This document shows, one piece after another, positions 27,849 through 38,229 of a stretch of DNA of 64,000 nt. This DNA is from Candidatus Poribacteria bacterium. Lineage in GTDB: Bacteria; Poribacteria; WGA-4E; WGA-3G. The DNA lies in assembly GCA_965205015.1 (NCBI GenBank), contig OZ242029.1:455937-519936 (forward strand). Direction: 5' to 3'. Each line of letters starts with the position of its first letter. The first letter of the stretch is position 1. The notes under the pieces were generated by a model, which was not told the origin of the DNA, made no database searches, and worked only from the letters and a program-made list of their open reading frames with translations. A program made the position numbers and the translations under genes.

Positions 27849-30002
27849 TTATAGACTAAATAGATAAGTAAACTTGCTCAATACTGTCCATTCGTGCTCT
27901 TGGAGGTTTCCGTCCGAAGCATTCCACGCCTGATCAAACACGAAGTAAAAATCGCTACCGGACCGGTAGATGTAATTGAGCAGAAAGTTCGCACTTGCCC
28001 GCTCTGCACTGTCGTTCCATTGCGCGTATAATTTGGTAAAGAAACGCGTATTCAACGCATAACTGATACGTGTGCCGACAACGTTTGTCGTAAACAGATC
28101 GCTTTCGGGCAGGTTAATCCAGTTGCGTTGGTATCGCATTTCAATCGCGAACTGATACGTCATCCGCCACTGGCTATCAATGCTGATACTCACACGATCG
28201 CCATGAAAGTAATCCCCGTAATCCATCTGTCCGAAGAGCGCGAGCGGACGACTGGTCTCGGTGAAAGTAGTTAGTGAAACCTGATTCATTTCGTAATCGC
28301 CAGCGGGAATCTCAACATCACCGACGCTGAAAGGTTCCTCAACACGGTCAAAAAACCGCCGGAAATCGAGGTTGAGTCCATCGTCGGATTCCGAAATCAT
28401 GTCTCCACCAACGCCTACGTCCCAACCGATGAGCCTATTATCGTGGTCTAACAGATAACTACCAGTGAACATTGCACCGACATTTCGGACACTATATCGT
28501 CTCACTTGGACTTCGTAATCGGCATTCAACATCAACGAACGGATGTCTCGTCGATGCATGAACCCCATTTTACTGGTAAATTGGGGACCGATGTCGAGAT
28601 AAGACGCATTGACGTGAAAAGAGTCGTTGCGCCAGTCGTTCGAGAGATACCATGCGATATCGCGCTCGTCCGGATCTGGAGACCAGCTGCCAACGGTCAT
28701 TGCCCGCATCCGCCACTGATCGTGAGGTCGAAAAAAGAGGTCTACCCCGCCGTTGCGATGATACTCGCCGATGTCGCTCTGCCGATTGGTGAGAATGAAA
28801 CCGACGCTCGAATCACTGAGAATATCGCGCTGCATCCTTAGCACAGAGAAGTTCGTCAGCGGCGCTTCTTCTGAGGCGGCGGTTGTCATGTTGAGCGCGC
28901 CCACACTGTAAGACCCGACCTTTCCCGTCAGCTTCCCACCTCCGAGAAGCCGAACCTGTTTGCCGTCTTCAATGCCGATGCGCCGACTGTAGAAGACCGA
29001 CAGCGGTGGGGGCCCGAAATCTCCGATGCCTGCCCCAAAGGCGAAGAGTCCACTCCCTTCAAGGAAGAACTCGCGCCGCTCCGGAAAAAAGAGACTGAAG
29101 CGTGTGAGGTTCACCTCCTCTTGATCGGCTTCTACCTGTGCGAAATCGGTGTTCACCGTCAAATCCAAGGTCAGGTTCGAGGTCACCCCGTATTTCATGT
29201 CTAAGCCGAGATCGCGTTCGGCAGTCCGTTGCCACTTTGTGTCGTCGAGATGCCTCGCCAAGCCACCGAGGAGATACGGCTTGACATCAAAATAGGATGG
29301 GGAAGCGATCCCTTCTAACCCAATAAGTTTGCCTTGATACGTCGGGTGATAGGTGCCGGGCCAACTCTCACTTCGAGGGACCTGTATCCATTGTGTCGTT
29401 TCATTCTTTCGCGCGATATTGCGTCCAAAATTCACACCCCACACCATCGAATCGCCTTTTTTAAACCGTAACTGATTGAACGGGATCGCGATCTCAACTG
29501 TCCACCCTTTATCGTGCCGTCGTCCCGCAGCCTCCCAGATACAGTCCCAACTCCCGTTCAGATTTTCACCGCCGTCCGTGACCGCGGTGTCTGACTGCGC
29601 ACCGAGCGCATTCATCCGAAAAAAGACGCACTGTCTTTTATCACCATAGGTGTCAAGCATCACATAAACATTGTCATTTTGCCACAGCTGGCCGTCGCGC
29701 CGCATTTCGTTCGCAACAACCTTTTCCGGTTGGGAGTCGAAACACGCAAACCCGATATAAAGTTTCCCCGTACTATACAACATGCGAACCTCTGTACGCT
29801 CACTACTCGGTTGCCCTTCATCGGGGGATTGTTGGATAAAGTCATCAATGACCTGCGCCCGCGTCCAATCTTCTTCGTTGAGATGCCCATCAATTTCGAT
29901 TGTGTCTTGGGTGAACAGGGGTCTAATTTCTTTGCTGGCTTCGACATGTATGCTCGTTGCTGCGATCACAGCAAATATTACAAGCCCGATTCTGTGGCGC
30001 AT
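27849..30002 (-). CDS. Secreted CBM9-like/DOMON-like + DUF5916 beta-barrel protein
   Basis: A signal peptide and an N-terminal CBM9-like region (IDGHLNEEDWTRAQVID...LYIGFACFD...GWTVEIAIPF) precede a long beta-rich C-terminus. It is paralogous to 52130-54118. Confidence 0.6.
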   Translation of the reverse strand: MRHRIGLVIFAVIAATSIHVEASKEIRPLFTQDTIEIDGHLNEEDWTRAQVIDDFIQQSPDEGQPSSERTEVRMLYSTGKLYIGFACFDSQPEKVVANEMRRDGQLWQNDNVYVMLDTYGDKRQCVFFRMNALGAQSDTAVTDGGENLNGSWDCIWEAAGRRHDKGWTVEIAIPFNQLRFKKGDSMVWGVNFGRNIARKNETTQWIQVPRSESWPGTYHPTYQGKLIGLEGIASPSYFDVKPYLLGGLARHLDDTKWQRTAERDLGLDMKYGVTSNLTLDLTVNTDFAQVEADQEEVNLTRFSLFFPERREFFLEGSGLFAFGAGIGDFGPPPLSVFYSRRIGIEDGKQVRLLGGGKLTGKVGSYSVGALNMTTAASEEAPLTNFSVLRMQRDILSDSSVGFILTNRQSDIGEYHRNGGVDLFFRPHDQWRMRAMTVGSWSPDPDERDIAWYLSNDWRNDSFHVNASYLDIGPQFTSKMGFMHRRDIRSLMLNADYEVQVRRYSVRNVGAMFTGSYLLDHDNRLIGWDVGVGGDMISESDDGLNLDFRRFFDRVEEPFSVGDVEIPAGDYEMNQVSLTTFTETSRPLALFGQMDYGDYFHGDRVSISIDSQWRMTYQFAIEMRYQRNWINLPESDLFTTNVVGTRISYALNTRFFTKLYAQWNDSAERASANFLLNYIYRSGSDFYFVFDQAWNASDGNLQEHEWTVLSKFTYLFSL

Positions 30003-30479
30003 CTTTTCTCCTCTTTTAAAGTTTTACCTATAAACGTGATATTTTGTTGTCGTTTAAAAAAGAAAACACCCTCACCGAAACCCTGCTTTTATGACCTTCA
30101 GTGATGGGCGCTATAGTGTGCAACTTAGAAACCGTTTTATCCGCTACTTATAAGCCCATCCCTGCACGACACATGGCAATAGTGCCTCGCATAATACCAA
30201 AACCAGTAAAGGCACAAAGGCAATTCTCATGCACCAATGGGGCAAACGACAGATAAAACATTTGATAATCCTGCTTAGAATCCATATATGTTAAGTGTTA
30301 TAGCACATTCTGCGGTTAGATGTCAAGTCTATTTACGATTCCTATAGAATTCCTTAAAATAATTAACCTTCAATTTTTGGGAAAATTCACATTTTTTTCA
30401 AGAAAAACGAAGCAACTTCCAACTAAAGATAAGAGTAAAGTGAAGTGTCGGGAATCGGAGTTCCCTCCTACAAGAAAAT

Positions 30480-30508
30480 TTGACGGGACGACGGCAGTCG
30501 GTTATAAT
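30480..30508 (+). promoter_or_regulatory. Sigma70-type promoter (TTGACG - 17 bp - TATAAT) for the lamin-tail-domain gene
   Basis: TTGACG at 30480-30485 and TATAAT at 30503-30508 with an exact 17-nt spacer. A GGAAGG SD lies 8 nt before the ATG at 30543. Confidence 0.5.
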
Positions 30509-30542
30509 AACGTGAATTCGATAACTTGGAAGGTATTTTTCC

Positions 30543-31748
30543 ATGAAAAACTTGATGACGCGAAGGCTTGTCCTTCGTATATTTATAACCCTCCTGTTGA
30601 CATTCAGCCTCCAAGGCATTGCAGACGCATTGGTCCCTGAGACTGTCGTTCCACAAGTGTTAAAGCGAACATCGCAATCAGTCCGCGAAGATGATACCGT
30701 TCCGGTAGCTGCAAAGGACGATCTCGCCATTAGCGAAATTATGTACACCACCGATACCAGTGGACTTCCGCAGTGGATTGAACTTCACAACAGAAGCACA
30801 CGAAGGGTCAGCCTTGAAGGGTGGGCAGTTACAATTGAAAATCACCCGGAAGATACATCTGTTCTCGCCACCGAACTCACCTTCACTTTAGGTGCGAAGA
30901 TACTCAATGCTGACCAAGTCTTGCTACTTGTGACCGAGCAAGGTGCTAACTCTGGCGTTGGGGAGAAGCAGGGCGATATCCGAGCAGATGGCGTTCTTAT
31001 CCTAAAAGACCGTATCGGAGGCACGCCAGGCTACCGCCTTTTGAGCCAAACCACCTTCAAAGTTACCCTCACGGCACCGACTACTAAAAAAACCGCTCAC
31101 AAGATACCGAGCGACATCGTGGGCAATCTCGGCGCAATACCTAAATGGGAACTTCCGCTAATTGAGAGAAACCAACGGAGTTCTATCATCCGAGTGTATG
31201 AGGGTAACGACACACCCGATGGGACAGCAGCAGACGGATGGAAACTTGCCACAGAAAAAAATCTTGGGTATCCGCAAGGCATAACCTACTACGGACACCG
31301 CAGCGATCACGGCACGCCGGGATATCGCGAACCTGATCCCTTGCCTGTGGCACTCTCTCACTTCCGTCCTGCGCGTGAAAGATCGAATAGTAGATTCCAT
31401 TTGGCGCGTGAAAGGTTCACCGGCGCGCCCATTATTGCATGGATAACCGAATCCGAAACGAATAACGCTGGATTCCTCATCAAGCGAAGTCAACACCGCG
31501 ATGGCGAGCTCAAGATTATCAACGCGACCTTGATTCCTGGCGCAGGCACAACCCACGAGAAGCAATCCTATACCTATACCGATACGACTGCGAGACCGAA
31601 TGGCGTTTACTACTATCAACTTGAATGTGTCTCCATAGAGGGTACCCGGCGGACATTGACTCGCCCCATACGCCTCAAAGGACATGTTGGTCGTGCTGGT
31701 CGCATTTATGAGGAGGCTCCATTTTGGTGGAAAGATTTAAATCAGTAA
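30543..31748 (+). CDS. Secreted lamin-tail-domain (LTD) protein
   Basis: A signal peptide is followed by LAISEIMYTTDTSGLPQWIELHNRSTRRVSLEGWAV, the LTD signature. Confidence 0.7.
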   Translation: MKNLMTRRLVLRIFITLLLTFSLQGIADALVPETVVPQVLKRTSQSVREDDTVPVAAKDDLAISEIMYTTDTSGLPQWIELHNRSTRRVSLEGWAVTIENHPEDTSVLATELTFTLGAKILNADQVLLLVTEQGANSGVGEKQGDIRADGVLILKDRIGGTPGYRLLSQTTFKVTLTAPTTKKTAHKIPSDIVGNLGAIPKWELPLIERNQRSSIIRVYEGNDTPDGTAADGWKLATEKNLGYPQGITYYGHRSDHGTPGYREPDPLPVALSHFRPARERSNSRFHLARERFTGAPIIAWITESETNNAGFLIKRSQHRDGELKIINATLIPGAGTTHEKQSYTYTDTTARPNGVYYYQLECVSIEGTRRTLTRPIRLKGHVGRAGRIYEEAPFWWKDLNQ

Positions 31749-31762
31749 GAACAGACTTCCAC

Positions 31763-33313
31763 ATGAAAACAAACAGAAAATTTGCCTTGGGCTTGCTGGC
31801 TTTAATAATTTTGTGTGCTTGTGCGCGGGCGCCTCAAGAGATTGAAGAAAAAAGCTTAGCACCTGCAGAACCTTCAAAATCGGAAGATGTGCGGAATTCT
31901 ATCGTTCGTGTAGGAGGGAGAGATATCCATGCCACCGGCTTTTTTGTGACACGGAACAAGGTCGCAACGAACATTCACGTTATTGCACACCGCGAATTCG
32001 TTCTCGTACGATCGGTTGATGATGAGAAAAACTGGACTGTTGAAGGTGTTACTGCGTTTGATGCCAAAAATGACCTTGCTATCCTAAAAGTTGCGGAGGA
32101 GGGAACGCCGTTTCCACTTGGGGACAGCGATACGCTTCAGAGAGGTGAGACTGTATCCGCCGTTGGATACCCCAAAGGAAAATATACAGTCGCAGAGGGG
32201 ACTTTGCATAGCGTCCGGGATAGCGATAAATGGCTTCAGATGAACGTTAAAATTTCTCCCGGCAACAGCGGTTCACCTGTAATAAACAGGAAAGGGCAGG
32301 TCATAGGTATCGTCTCCGCATCAGAAGATCCCTACAGTTACGCCGTCCCTTCAAACGCACTGAAAGCACTCCTCACACAATCGGGTTCCGCTGAACCATT
32401 GGCACTCTGGCGAAAACGAGTACCTATCCACCCCTATGTATACGCCTCCCGAGGGACAAGGAACTACTTTGAGGGTCGCTACGATGAAGCGATAGCTGAC
32501 TTCAATAAAGTCATCGAACTAAACCCTGAGAATACCCATGCTTATTACAATCGAGGCCTTGCAAAATTCAGGCTCGGTGATATTGAATCTGAAAAAGGAA
32601 ATACGGAGAAAGCCAGACAGTTATATGAGGCAGGAATTGCAGATAGCACACAAGCTATCAAACGAACCCCAGAGGATGCCAACGCCTACCACAATCGCGC
32701 AGGTGGAAAGTTCCGTCTTGCGCAATCGGAAACAGATACTGTAAAGGAACAACAGTACTATCGAGACGCTATTGATGATTGGACACGGGTTATTACCCTG
32801 AATCCAGAACTTGCCGATCCGTATAGCAATCGCGGTGCTGCGAAGGCTCTTCTTGGTGAATCTAAAGCAGATCAGGGAGATATCGCGGAGGTACAGGCAT
32901 TATATGCGTCGGCGATTCAGGATTGCACGCAAGCGATACAACTCAACCCAGAGAACCCGGATCCATATATTAATCGGGGGTATGCCCAGTTCCGCCTCGG
33001 TAAAACTAAGACGGATAAGGAAGCTACAGCGGGGGCAGAAGTGTTATACAGAGCCGCAGTCCGAGACTGCACACAAGCCATACAACTGAACCCAGAAAAA
33101 GATGCTGCCTACAGTAATCGGGGTGTTGCTAAAGCCGCCCTCGGTAACGCTGAAGACGCGATAGAGGATTTTGATGCCGCTATCCGACTTAACCCGGAGG
33201 AGGCAGAATACTTCCATGAGCGTGGGCTTGCAAAGGAGGCACTCGGGCAAACGGAAGAAGCCAAAGCAGATTTTCAAAAGGCTAAAGAACTGGATCCGGA
33301 TGTAGGAAAATAA
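31763..33313 (+). CDS. Lipoprotein: trypsin-like (S1) serine protease domain fused to TPR repeats
   Basis: A lipobox-like signal (LIILCAC) and a catalytic triad in context (ATNIHVI, KNDLAILK, GNSGSPVIN) are followed by about six TPR repeats (AYYNRGLAKF...). An alternative upstream start at 31724 overlaps the LTD gene. Confidence 0.75.
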   Translation: MKTNRKFALGLLALIILCACARAPQEIEEKSLAPAEPSKSEDVRNSIVRVGGRDIHATGFFVTRNKVATNIHVIAHREFVLVRSVDDEKNWTVEGVTAFDAKNDLAILKVAEEGTPFPLGDSDTLQRGETVSAVGYPKGKYTVAEGTLHSVRDSDKWLQMNVKISPGNSGSPVINRKGQVIGIVSASEDPYSYAVPSNALKALLTQSGSAEPLALWRKRVPIHPYVYASRGTRNYFEGRYDEAIADFNKVIELNPENTHAYYNRGLAKFRLGDIESEKGNTEKARQLYEAGIADSTQAIKRTPEDANAYHNRAGGKFRLAQSETDTVKEQQYYRDAIDDWTRVITLNPELADPYSNRGAAKALLGESKADQGDIAEVQALYASAIQDCTQAIQLNPENPDPYINRGYAQFRLGKTKTDKEATAGAEVLYRAAVRDCTQAIQLNPEKDAAYSNRGVAKAALGNAEDAIEDFDAAIRLNPEEAEYFHERGLAKEALGQTEEAKADFQKAKELDPDVGK

Positions 33314-33343
33314 CCACAGATAATAAGGTTAAGGTATCCATTT

Positions 33344-34912
33344 ATGAACACGAACAAAAAATCGTTATTGAGTTTACTGGCTTTAGTGATGCTCTTTTCC
33401 TGCACGCGGGAACCACGGCAATTGGTGTCCGAAAAAAAGTCGGTCCCGACAGAGTCCTCAGAATCCCAAAGGATAAAAAAAGCTACATTATGTTTGATGA
33501 AAGAGGGAAGGCTTGTTGGTAGATGCTTCCTTGTGGCCCGTGACAAGATAGCGACGAACATTCACATTATGGACAGTGTAGATCCTGTGTCTACACACGT
33601 AAGGAGCAGATACGCAACTTGGTCTATTCGGGGTGTGACAGCGTATGATCTGAAAAATGATCTTGTGATCCTAAAAATCTCGGATGGAGACACACCGCTT
33701 CCGCTGGGTGACAGCAATACCGTTCAGGATGGCGAGCCCATTTCTGTTGTTGAATACTCTGGTGTAATGGAACACAAAATCACAGAAGGAGTTATACACA
33801 GCGTCCGGAATACCGACAAATGGCTTAGGATGAAAATCGATGCCCCTCGTGGGACAAGTGGCAGTGCAGTGGTGAACAGCGAAGGAAAAGTCATTGGGGT
33901 CGTTGCTAGAGGGGATTCCTTTTATGTCTACGCGGCTCCATCGAATGCGTTGAAGACATTGCTTGCCCGTTCGGAATCAACAGAATCTTTGGCACAATGG
34001 CAACAGAGAGCACAAATATCCGCCCATCGCTACTGGACGCAGGCAAACCAGAAATACGGTGAAAAACGCTATGAAGAGGCGATCACTGACTTAGATAAAG
34101 CTCTTGCGTTAAATCCTGAATTTGTTGACGCGTACCACGGACGTGCCACTGTAAAACTTAGCCTCACTGCCTCTGAAATCAAGTCGGGAAATGCGAAAAA
34201 AGCACGCGATCTCTCCCAAGCAGCGATTGAAGATTTTGATGAGGCTATCAAATTAGACCCCGAATACAGCATTGCTTACAGCGCACGTGGTGCTGCGAAA
34301 ATCGAGGCTGCTAAGCTCGAATCCAGTACAGGAAATGAAAAGAAAGCACATGCTTTATATGCAGCAGCAATTGGCGACTTGACCCAAACCATCAGACTGG
34401 AACCGAAGGAGGTCGCAGCATACAGCTACCGTGGCATTGCGAAGGACTATTTTGCTAAATTTAAAGCAAATCATGGACATACGACCGAAGCACAGCAACT
34501 GTATGAAGAGTCAATCAGAGATCATACACAAGCAATACAATTAGATCCAGAGAATGCCTATGCCTACAACAATCGGGGATGTGCGAAATATTCCCTCGGG
34601 AAATTTGAAGCAGCGAAAGGAAATATGGAAAAAGCACGAAATCTATATGAAGCGGCGATAACAGATAGTGACACCGCTGTAAAACTGTATCCGAATCGTT
34701 CTGAGCTCTACCATACCCGCGGTGCTGCAAAGGCAGCGCTTGGTAACTTTAAGGGAGCAATAGCCGACTTCGATAAAGCCATCGAGATGAATCCTGAAGA
34801 CGCCGAGGCCTACTACGAGCGTGCCCAAGCAAAAGAAGCACTTGGGCAGAAGGAAGGCGCAAAAGCGGATTTTGAGAAAGCTAAGGAATTGGACCCAGAT
34901 GTGGGAAAGTAA
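33344..34912 (+). CDS. Lipoprotein: trypsin-like serine protease-TPR fusion (paralogue of 31763-33313)
   Basis: Same architecture as the upstream gene: signal LVMLFSC, triad ATNIHIM, KNDLVILK, GTSGSAVVN, then TPR repeats. The C-terminus is near-identical (AKADFEKAKELDPDVGK). Confidence 0.75.
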   Translation: MNTNKKSLLSLLALVMLFSCTREPRQLVSEKKSVPTESSESQRIKKATLCLMKEGRLVGRCFLVARDKIATNIHIMDSVDPVSTHVRSRYATWSIRGVTAYDLKNDLVILKISDGDTPLPLGDSNTVQDGEPISVVEYSGVMEHKITEGVIHSVRNTDKWLRMKIDAPRGTSGSAVVNSEGKVIGVVARGDSFYVYAAPSNALKTLLARSESTESLAQWQQRAQISAHRYWTQANQKYGEKRYEEAITDLDKALALNPEFVDAYHGRATVKLSLTASEIKSGNAKKARDLSQAAIEDFDEAIKLDPEYSIAYSARGAAKIEAAKLESSTGNEKKAHALYAAAIGDLTQTIRLEPKEVAAYSYRGIAKDYFAKFKANHGHTTEAQQLYEESIRDHTQAIQLDPENAYAYNNRGCAKYSLGKFEAAKGNMEKARNLYEAAITDSDTAVKLYPNRSELYHTRGAAKAALGNFKGAIADFDKAIEMNPEDAEAYYERAQAKEALGQKEGAKADFEKAKELDPDVGK

Positions 34913-34932
34913 ATAAGACGAGATTCAAGAAA

Positions 34933-34951
34933 GGGCGGAGTAACTCCGCCC
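34933..34951. terminator. Perfect 8-bp hairpin between convergent genes (possible bidirectional terminator)
   Basis: GGGCGGAG-TAA-CTCCGCCC. There is no strong U-tract. Confidence 0.3.
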
Positions 34952-34965
34952 GATACTATCGGTAA

Positions 34966-36582
34966 TTACTGAACACGGAAGGCATACAGTTTGGCTCGGT
35001 TCAAGACAAAACGGAACCGTAAGGGTTGCTCAGCACTCGCCAACCTCGCCGATTTCCATTGCACCGACTGCCGTATATTATCTTCTGTCATTGGAACACA
35101 CGCATCAGCTGAAAATCCGGGTTGAACCCGTCCATCGGCTGTCAGCACTTCGACAGCAATCTGCCCACCGCTTGCATCCGCGTTAATCTCAAGCCCGCCG
35201 TCCGGAATTTGCAACGGAACGGTTTCAATGACACCACCCTCCGCATCAGCATCGAGCGAGACGAAACCGTCTAACCGCCACTTCGCGAGCCCAATCTCCT
35301 TGTGCCTGTCCTTCATCTGGGCACCGTGGGTATGGACGGTCCCTGTATAGTACCAGTGAATTTCATCATCGGTGATGATCGGCTCTATCGCCGTTCCCAT
35401 AATCATACCGGTGTCGAATGTGCCGCTTTCGCCGCGTGGAATAATCGGCGTCCGAATCGAATCCGGATACTCCCAATTAAACCCGTCTCGGCTACTAACG
35501 AGTTGCGCGTCAATCGGTCCGTCAATAGGAATCTCGTGCTCCGCTGCCCCGGGTCCCGTCACATACAATACCCCAACAAGCCCGATGTAGATATTGTGAT
35601 AAAGGAAACCCGACATGTTGTGAATCTCAGCGCGATCCGCACCATATCGCTGCACACCGATTTCATCGTCCTCAGCAGTTGCCCCGAACATCGGTTCGAG
35701 AGGTTTCCACGGTCCCTCCAAGCGCGGACTCTCGGTATACGCGATCATACGTCGCGCGTCTTTATCGTCCCCGCGTATCAGCGCATAAGCCCGGAACATC
35801 TCTTTTTTGTTATCGTAGATTACGTTGAACGCACCCTCGTTGTCCCGATCTGCAACCGGTTCCAAGTAGTCTGAATCGTCCCATCGGATACCGTCGGGTG
35901 ACGTGAGCAGAAAGATATTGCGATACCGTCTGCAAAAGCCGATCATCTTATACCGTCTCTGCGGATCCGACGCCTCGTCATCACGGAAGACACACGCGCC
36001 GTGCAGATCCCACACGATATTGTTATTTGGGTTCCCGTTGAATTCAAAGAGTCCAAGATTCGGTTTCGCCCACGTCAGTCCATCCTCACTTTCTGCGTAG
36101 CAGGTGAGATCGCCGCGATCGTTTTCGACAAACTTCCGTCCGTAGGCATCATGGGTCTGTCCCCTATATGTTGAAGGGTTTCGGTCTGGACGTGGGACAT
36201 AGAGTCCCGGAACCTCATTCGCCTCAAACCGCCAATGCGGTCCCATGCGACACATGTACCACATCCGATACTTCCCGAATGCGGCATCGTACATCGTAGT
36301 GCCATAGAGATGCACACGTCTGGACTGATCTGGTCCGCCGTGTTCCCACGGATTGTCAGGATCAGGTTTAAGGACAGATACGTCATGTTTTACGCATTGA
36401 TGCAGGGTGCGCGTCACGTTATGTTTAGCAGAGATCCGTGCGTCATCAACGAACAGTTCTGGGGTTCCGGTGTTAAGCGCGTGAACGGTATTTGAATTCA
36501 CGTCATTTCCTCGATGTGTCAGTAGATTCTTCTGGTAGCGTGTGTCTGGGCAGATCAATCCGTGATACCAGACGATTAACAA
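34966..36582 (-). CDS. Predicted beta-propeller glycoside-hydrolase-like protein (GH43/GH32/GH130 superfamily-like); function uncertain
   Basis: Repeated DG(L/I/F)xW motifs (DGLTWAKP, DGIRWDD, DGFNWEYP) and a C-terminal beta-sandwich-like tail. Confidence 0.35.
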   Translation of the reverse strand: MLIVWYHGLICPDTRYQKNLLTHRGNDVNSNTVHALNTGTPELFVDDARISAKHNVTRTLHQCVKHDVSVLKPDPDNPWEHGGPDQSRRVHLYGTTMYDAAFGKYRMWYMCRMGPHWRFEANEVPGLYVPRPDRNPSTYRGQTHDAYGRKFVENDRGDLTCYAESEDGLTWAKPNLGLFEFNGNPNNNIVWDLHGACVFRDDEASDPQRRYKMIGFCRRYRNIFLLTSPDGIRWDDSDYLEPVADRDNEGAFNVIYDNKKEMFRAYALIRGDDKDARRMIAYTESPRLEGPWKPLEPMFGATAEDDEIGVQRYGADRAEIHNMSGFLYHNIYIGLVGVLYVTGPGAAEHEIPIDGPIDAQLVSSRDGFNWEYPDSIRTPIIPRGESGTFDTGMIMGTAIEPIITDDEIHWYYTGTVHTHGAQMKDRHKEIGLAKWRLDGFVSLDADAEGGVIETVPLQIPDGGLEINADASGGQIAVEVLTADGRVQPGFSADACVPMTEDNIRQSVQWKSARLASAEQPLRFRFVLNRAKLYAFRVQ

Positions 36583-36650
36583 TCATGAGCTCAATGTAAA
36601 CTATTATTCTGAGTTCCTCCGACTACAATGCCCAGCGTCTTGACAGACAA

Positions 36651-38207
36651 CTAATGAAGAGACGAGTTATCCAACTCGGTGAGCGATTGATTTTCTGCTT
36701 TGAGATAGGCGTTCGGATCATGATACAACGCCCCCTCCGGGAGCCATTCCCATAACGCCCCCAAATCCCTACGTATCCAATCCACATAGAATTGTGGGAG
36801 TTCTCCCGTATCCCCATCAAAGAAGGCAAGGAATTGTTTATCGGCATCAAGTTGCCGGCGCACATTATGGTACAACCGGGTTCGTTCATGCCCCGCCATG
36901 GCACGAATGACGTTCAGCCATCGCGGCATGAAGACCTCAACCGCCTTATAACGTCTAAAAATCGCTCTCGATGAAAAGGTGTAGTTGATCATATCAATGA
37001 CACCATCATAGAACTCATCCCATTTGTAATTTTTCGGTTTCACATTCATCGCATGAACGTTGTTCAGGAAATGGAATGGAAAAGGGAGGACGCGTCCGTC
37101 GCGCTGGTATTCAAGATTGAGGGGTGCTGCTTGTCCATAGGCGGTGAGTAATGAATAGACGGGATAGGCTCCGGGGGTCATCTCTACGAATAACTTTGTG
37201 AGGTCAAAGGGTTCTGGACCCTCATCAATATCAAGTCCAAACACAAAGTTTGTTTGGACGTAGGGAACGTATCTCAGCATCATATTAACCTGATCGGAAA
37301 CCTGTCGGACCTTATTGAATCCGTGGTCCTTCCCCGTTTTCGATTTATTACCGAAGTCTGACCAGGACTCGATGCCAGGCAATATCGCCTTAAATCCATT
37401 TCGCTTGAGCCGCTTCATATGCGGTTCCGAGAGAAGAGACAGACTACTTTCGGCAATGAAGTTGACGCTTCCTGGGGGCGCAGCTTCCTCAATGGCAGAC
37501 ATGTAATCATCAAATCGGATACCGAAGTTTGGGTCATGCCACGCGACGAGCGGTTTCTTAAATTTCTGTATGAGGAAACGCAGGTCTGCCTTGATCTCAC
37601 CGAACTCCAGAGGTTGGTAGGGAACGACTGAATCAATACAAAAACTACACGTATACGGACACCCCATACTCCCGAGCATCGGTACACTCTTCAGCCATGG
37701 TGCTTTACGGAGGGTTAATTCTATGAACTTCCAACGCTCACGCACACCGGGCAGCGTTAAGGGTTGCCCTTGGGCTGAAAGATGAACGCCAATCGGACGA
37801 TGCGCGGATCCGTCTTGTAAGAGATCTCGGATGATTGTTCGGTCAATGAAACCCAGAACGTAATCGAAATACTTCAGGGCATCCTGTGGATAGCAACGCG
37901 CATGAGGTCCCCCAAGCACCGTGACAGCCCCTTTAGATCGGAAGAGATTGCTCAGTGCGTACGCCAATTGGGCAGCCAACGAAAAGGCACTTATGAAAAC
38001 AATGTCAACATCATCAGGTAATTCTTCCTCTAAAGTTTCAATACCGGTATAACATACGTATGTGACAGCGTATCCATCTTCTTCACACCATGCTGCAACA
38101 GCTTGAGGCATAATGCTTGCAAAATTAGCATTTACTGCCCGTTTCCACAAGTTCCGCTTGGAACTATTGGTAACGAGGTCAATAACACCGACTTTAAGTT
38201 TTGGCAT
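36651..38207 (-). CDS. B12-binding-domain radical SAM protein (class B, BchE/HpnJ-like)
   Basis: An N-terminal Rossmann-like cobalamin domain (VLGGPHA), a radical-SAM CxxxCxxC cluster motif (GCPYTCSFC) and a long C-terminal domain. The start is set at the ATG preceded by AGGAAGGAG. Confidence 0.8.
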   Translation of the reverse strand: MPKLKVGVIDLVTNSSKRNLWKRAVNANFASIMPQAVAAWCEEDGYAVTYVCYTGIETLEEELPDDVDIVFISAFSLAAQLAYALSNLFRSKGAVTVLGGPHARCYPQDALKYFDYVLGFIDRTIIRDLLQDGSAHRPIGVHLSAQGQPLTLPGVRERWKFIELTLRKAPWLKSVPMLGSMGCPYTCSFCIDSVVPYQPLEFGEIKADLRFLIQKFKKPLVAWHDPNFGIRFDDYMSAIEEAAPPGSVNFIAESSLSLLSEPHMKRLKRNGFKAILPGIESWSDFGNKSKTGKDHGFNKVRQVSDQVNMMLRYVPYVQTNFVFGLDIDEGPEPFDLTKLFVEMTPGAYPVYSLLTAYGQAAPLNLEYQRDGRVLPFPFHFLNNVHAMNVKPKNYKWDEFYDGVIDMINYTFSSRAIFRRYKAVEVFMPRWLNVIRAMAGHERTRLYHNVRRQLDADKQFLAFFDGDTGELPQFYVDWIRRDLGALWEWLPEGALYHDPNAYLKAENQSLTELDNSSLH

Positions 38208-38229
38208 ATTACTCCTTCCTTCTACGTTT

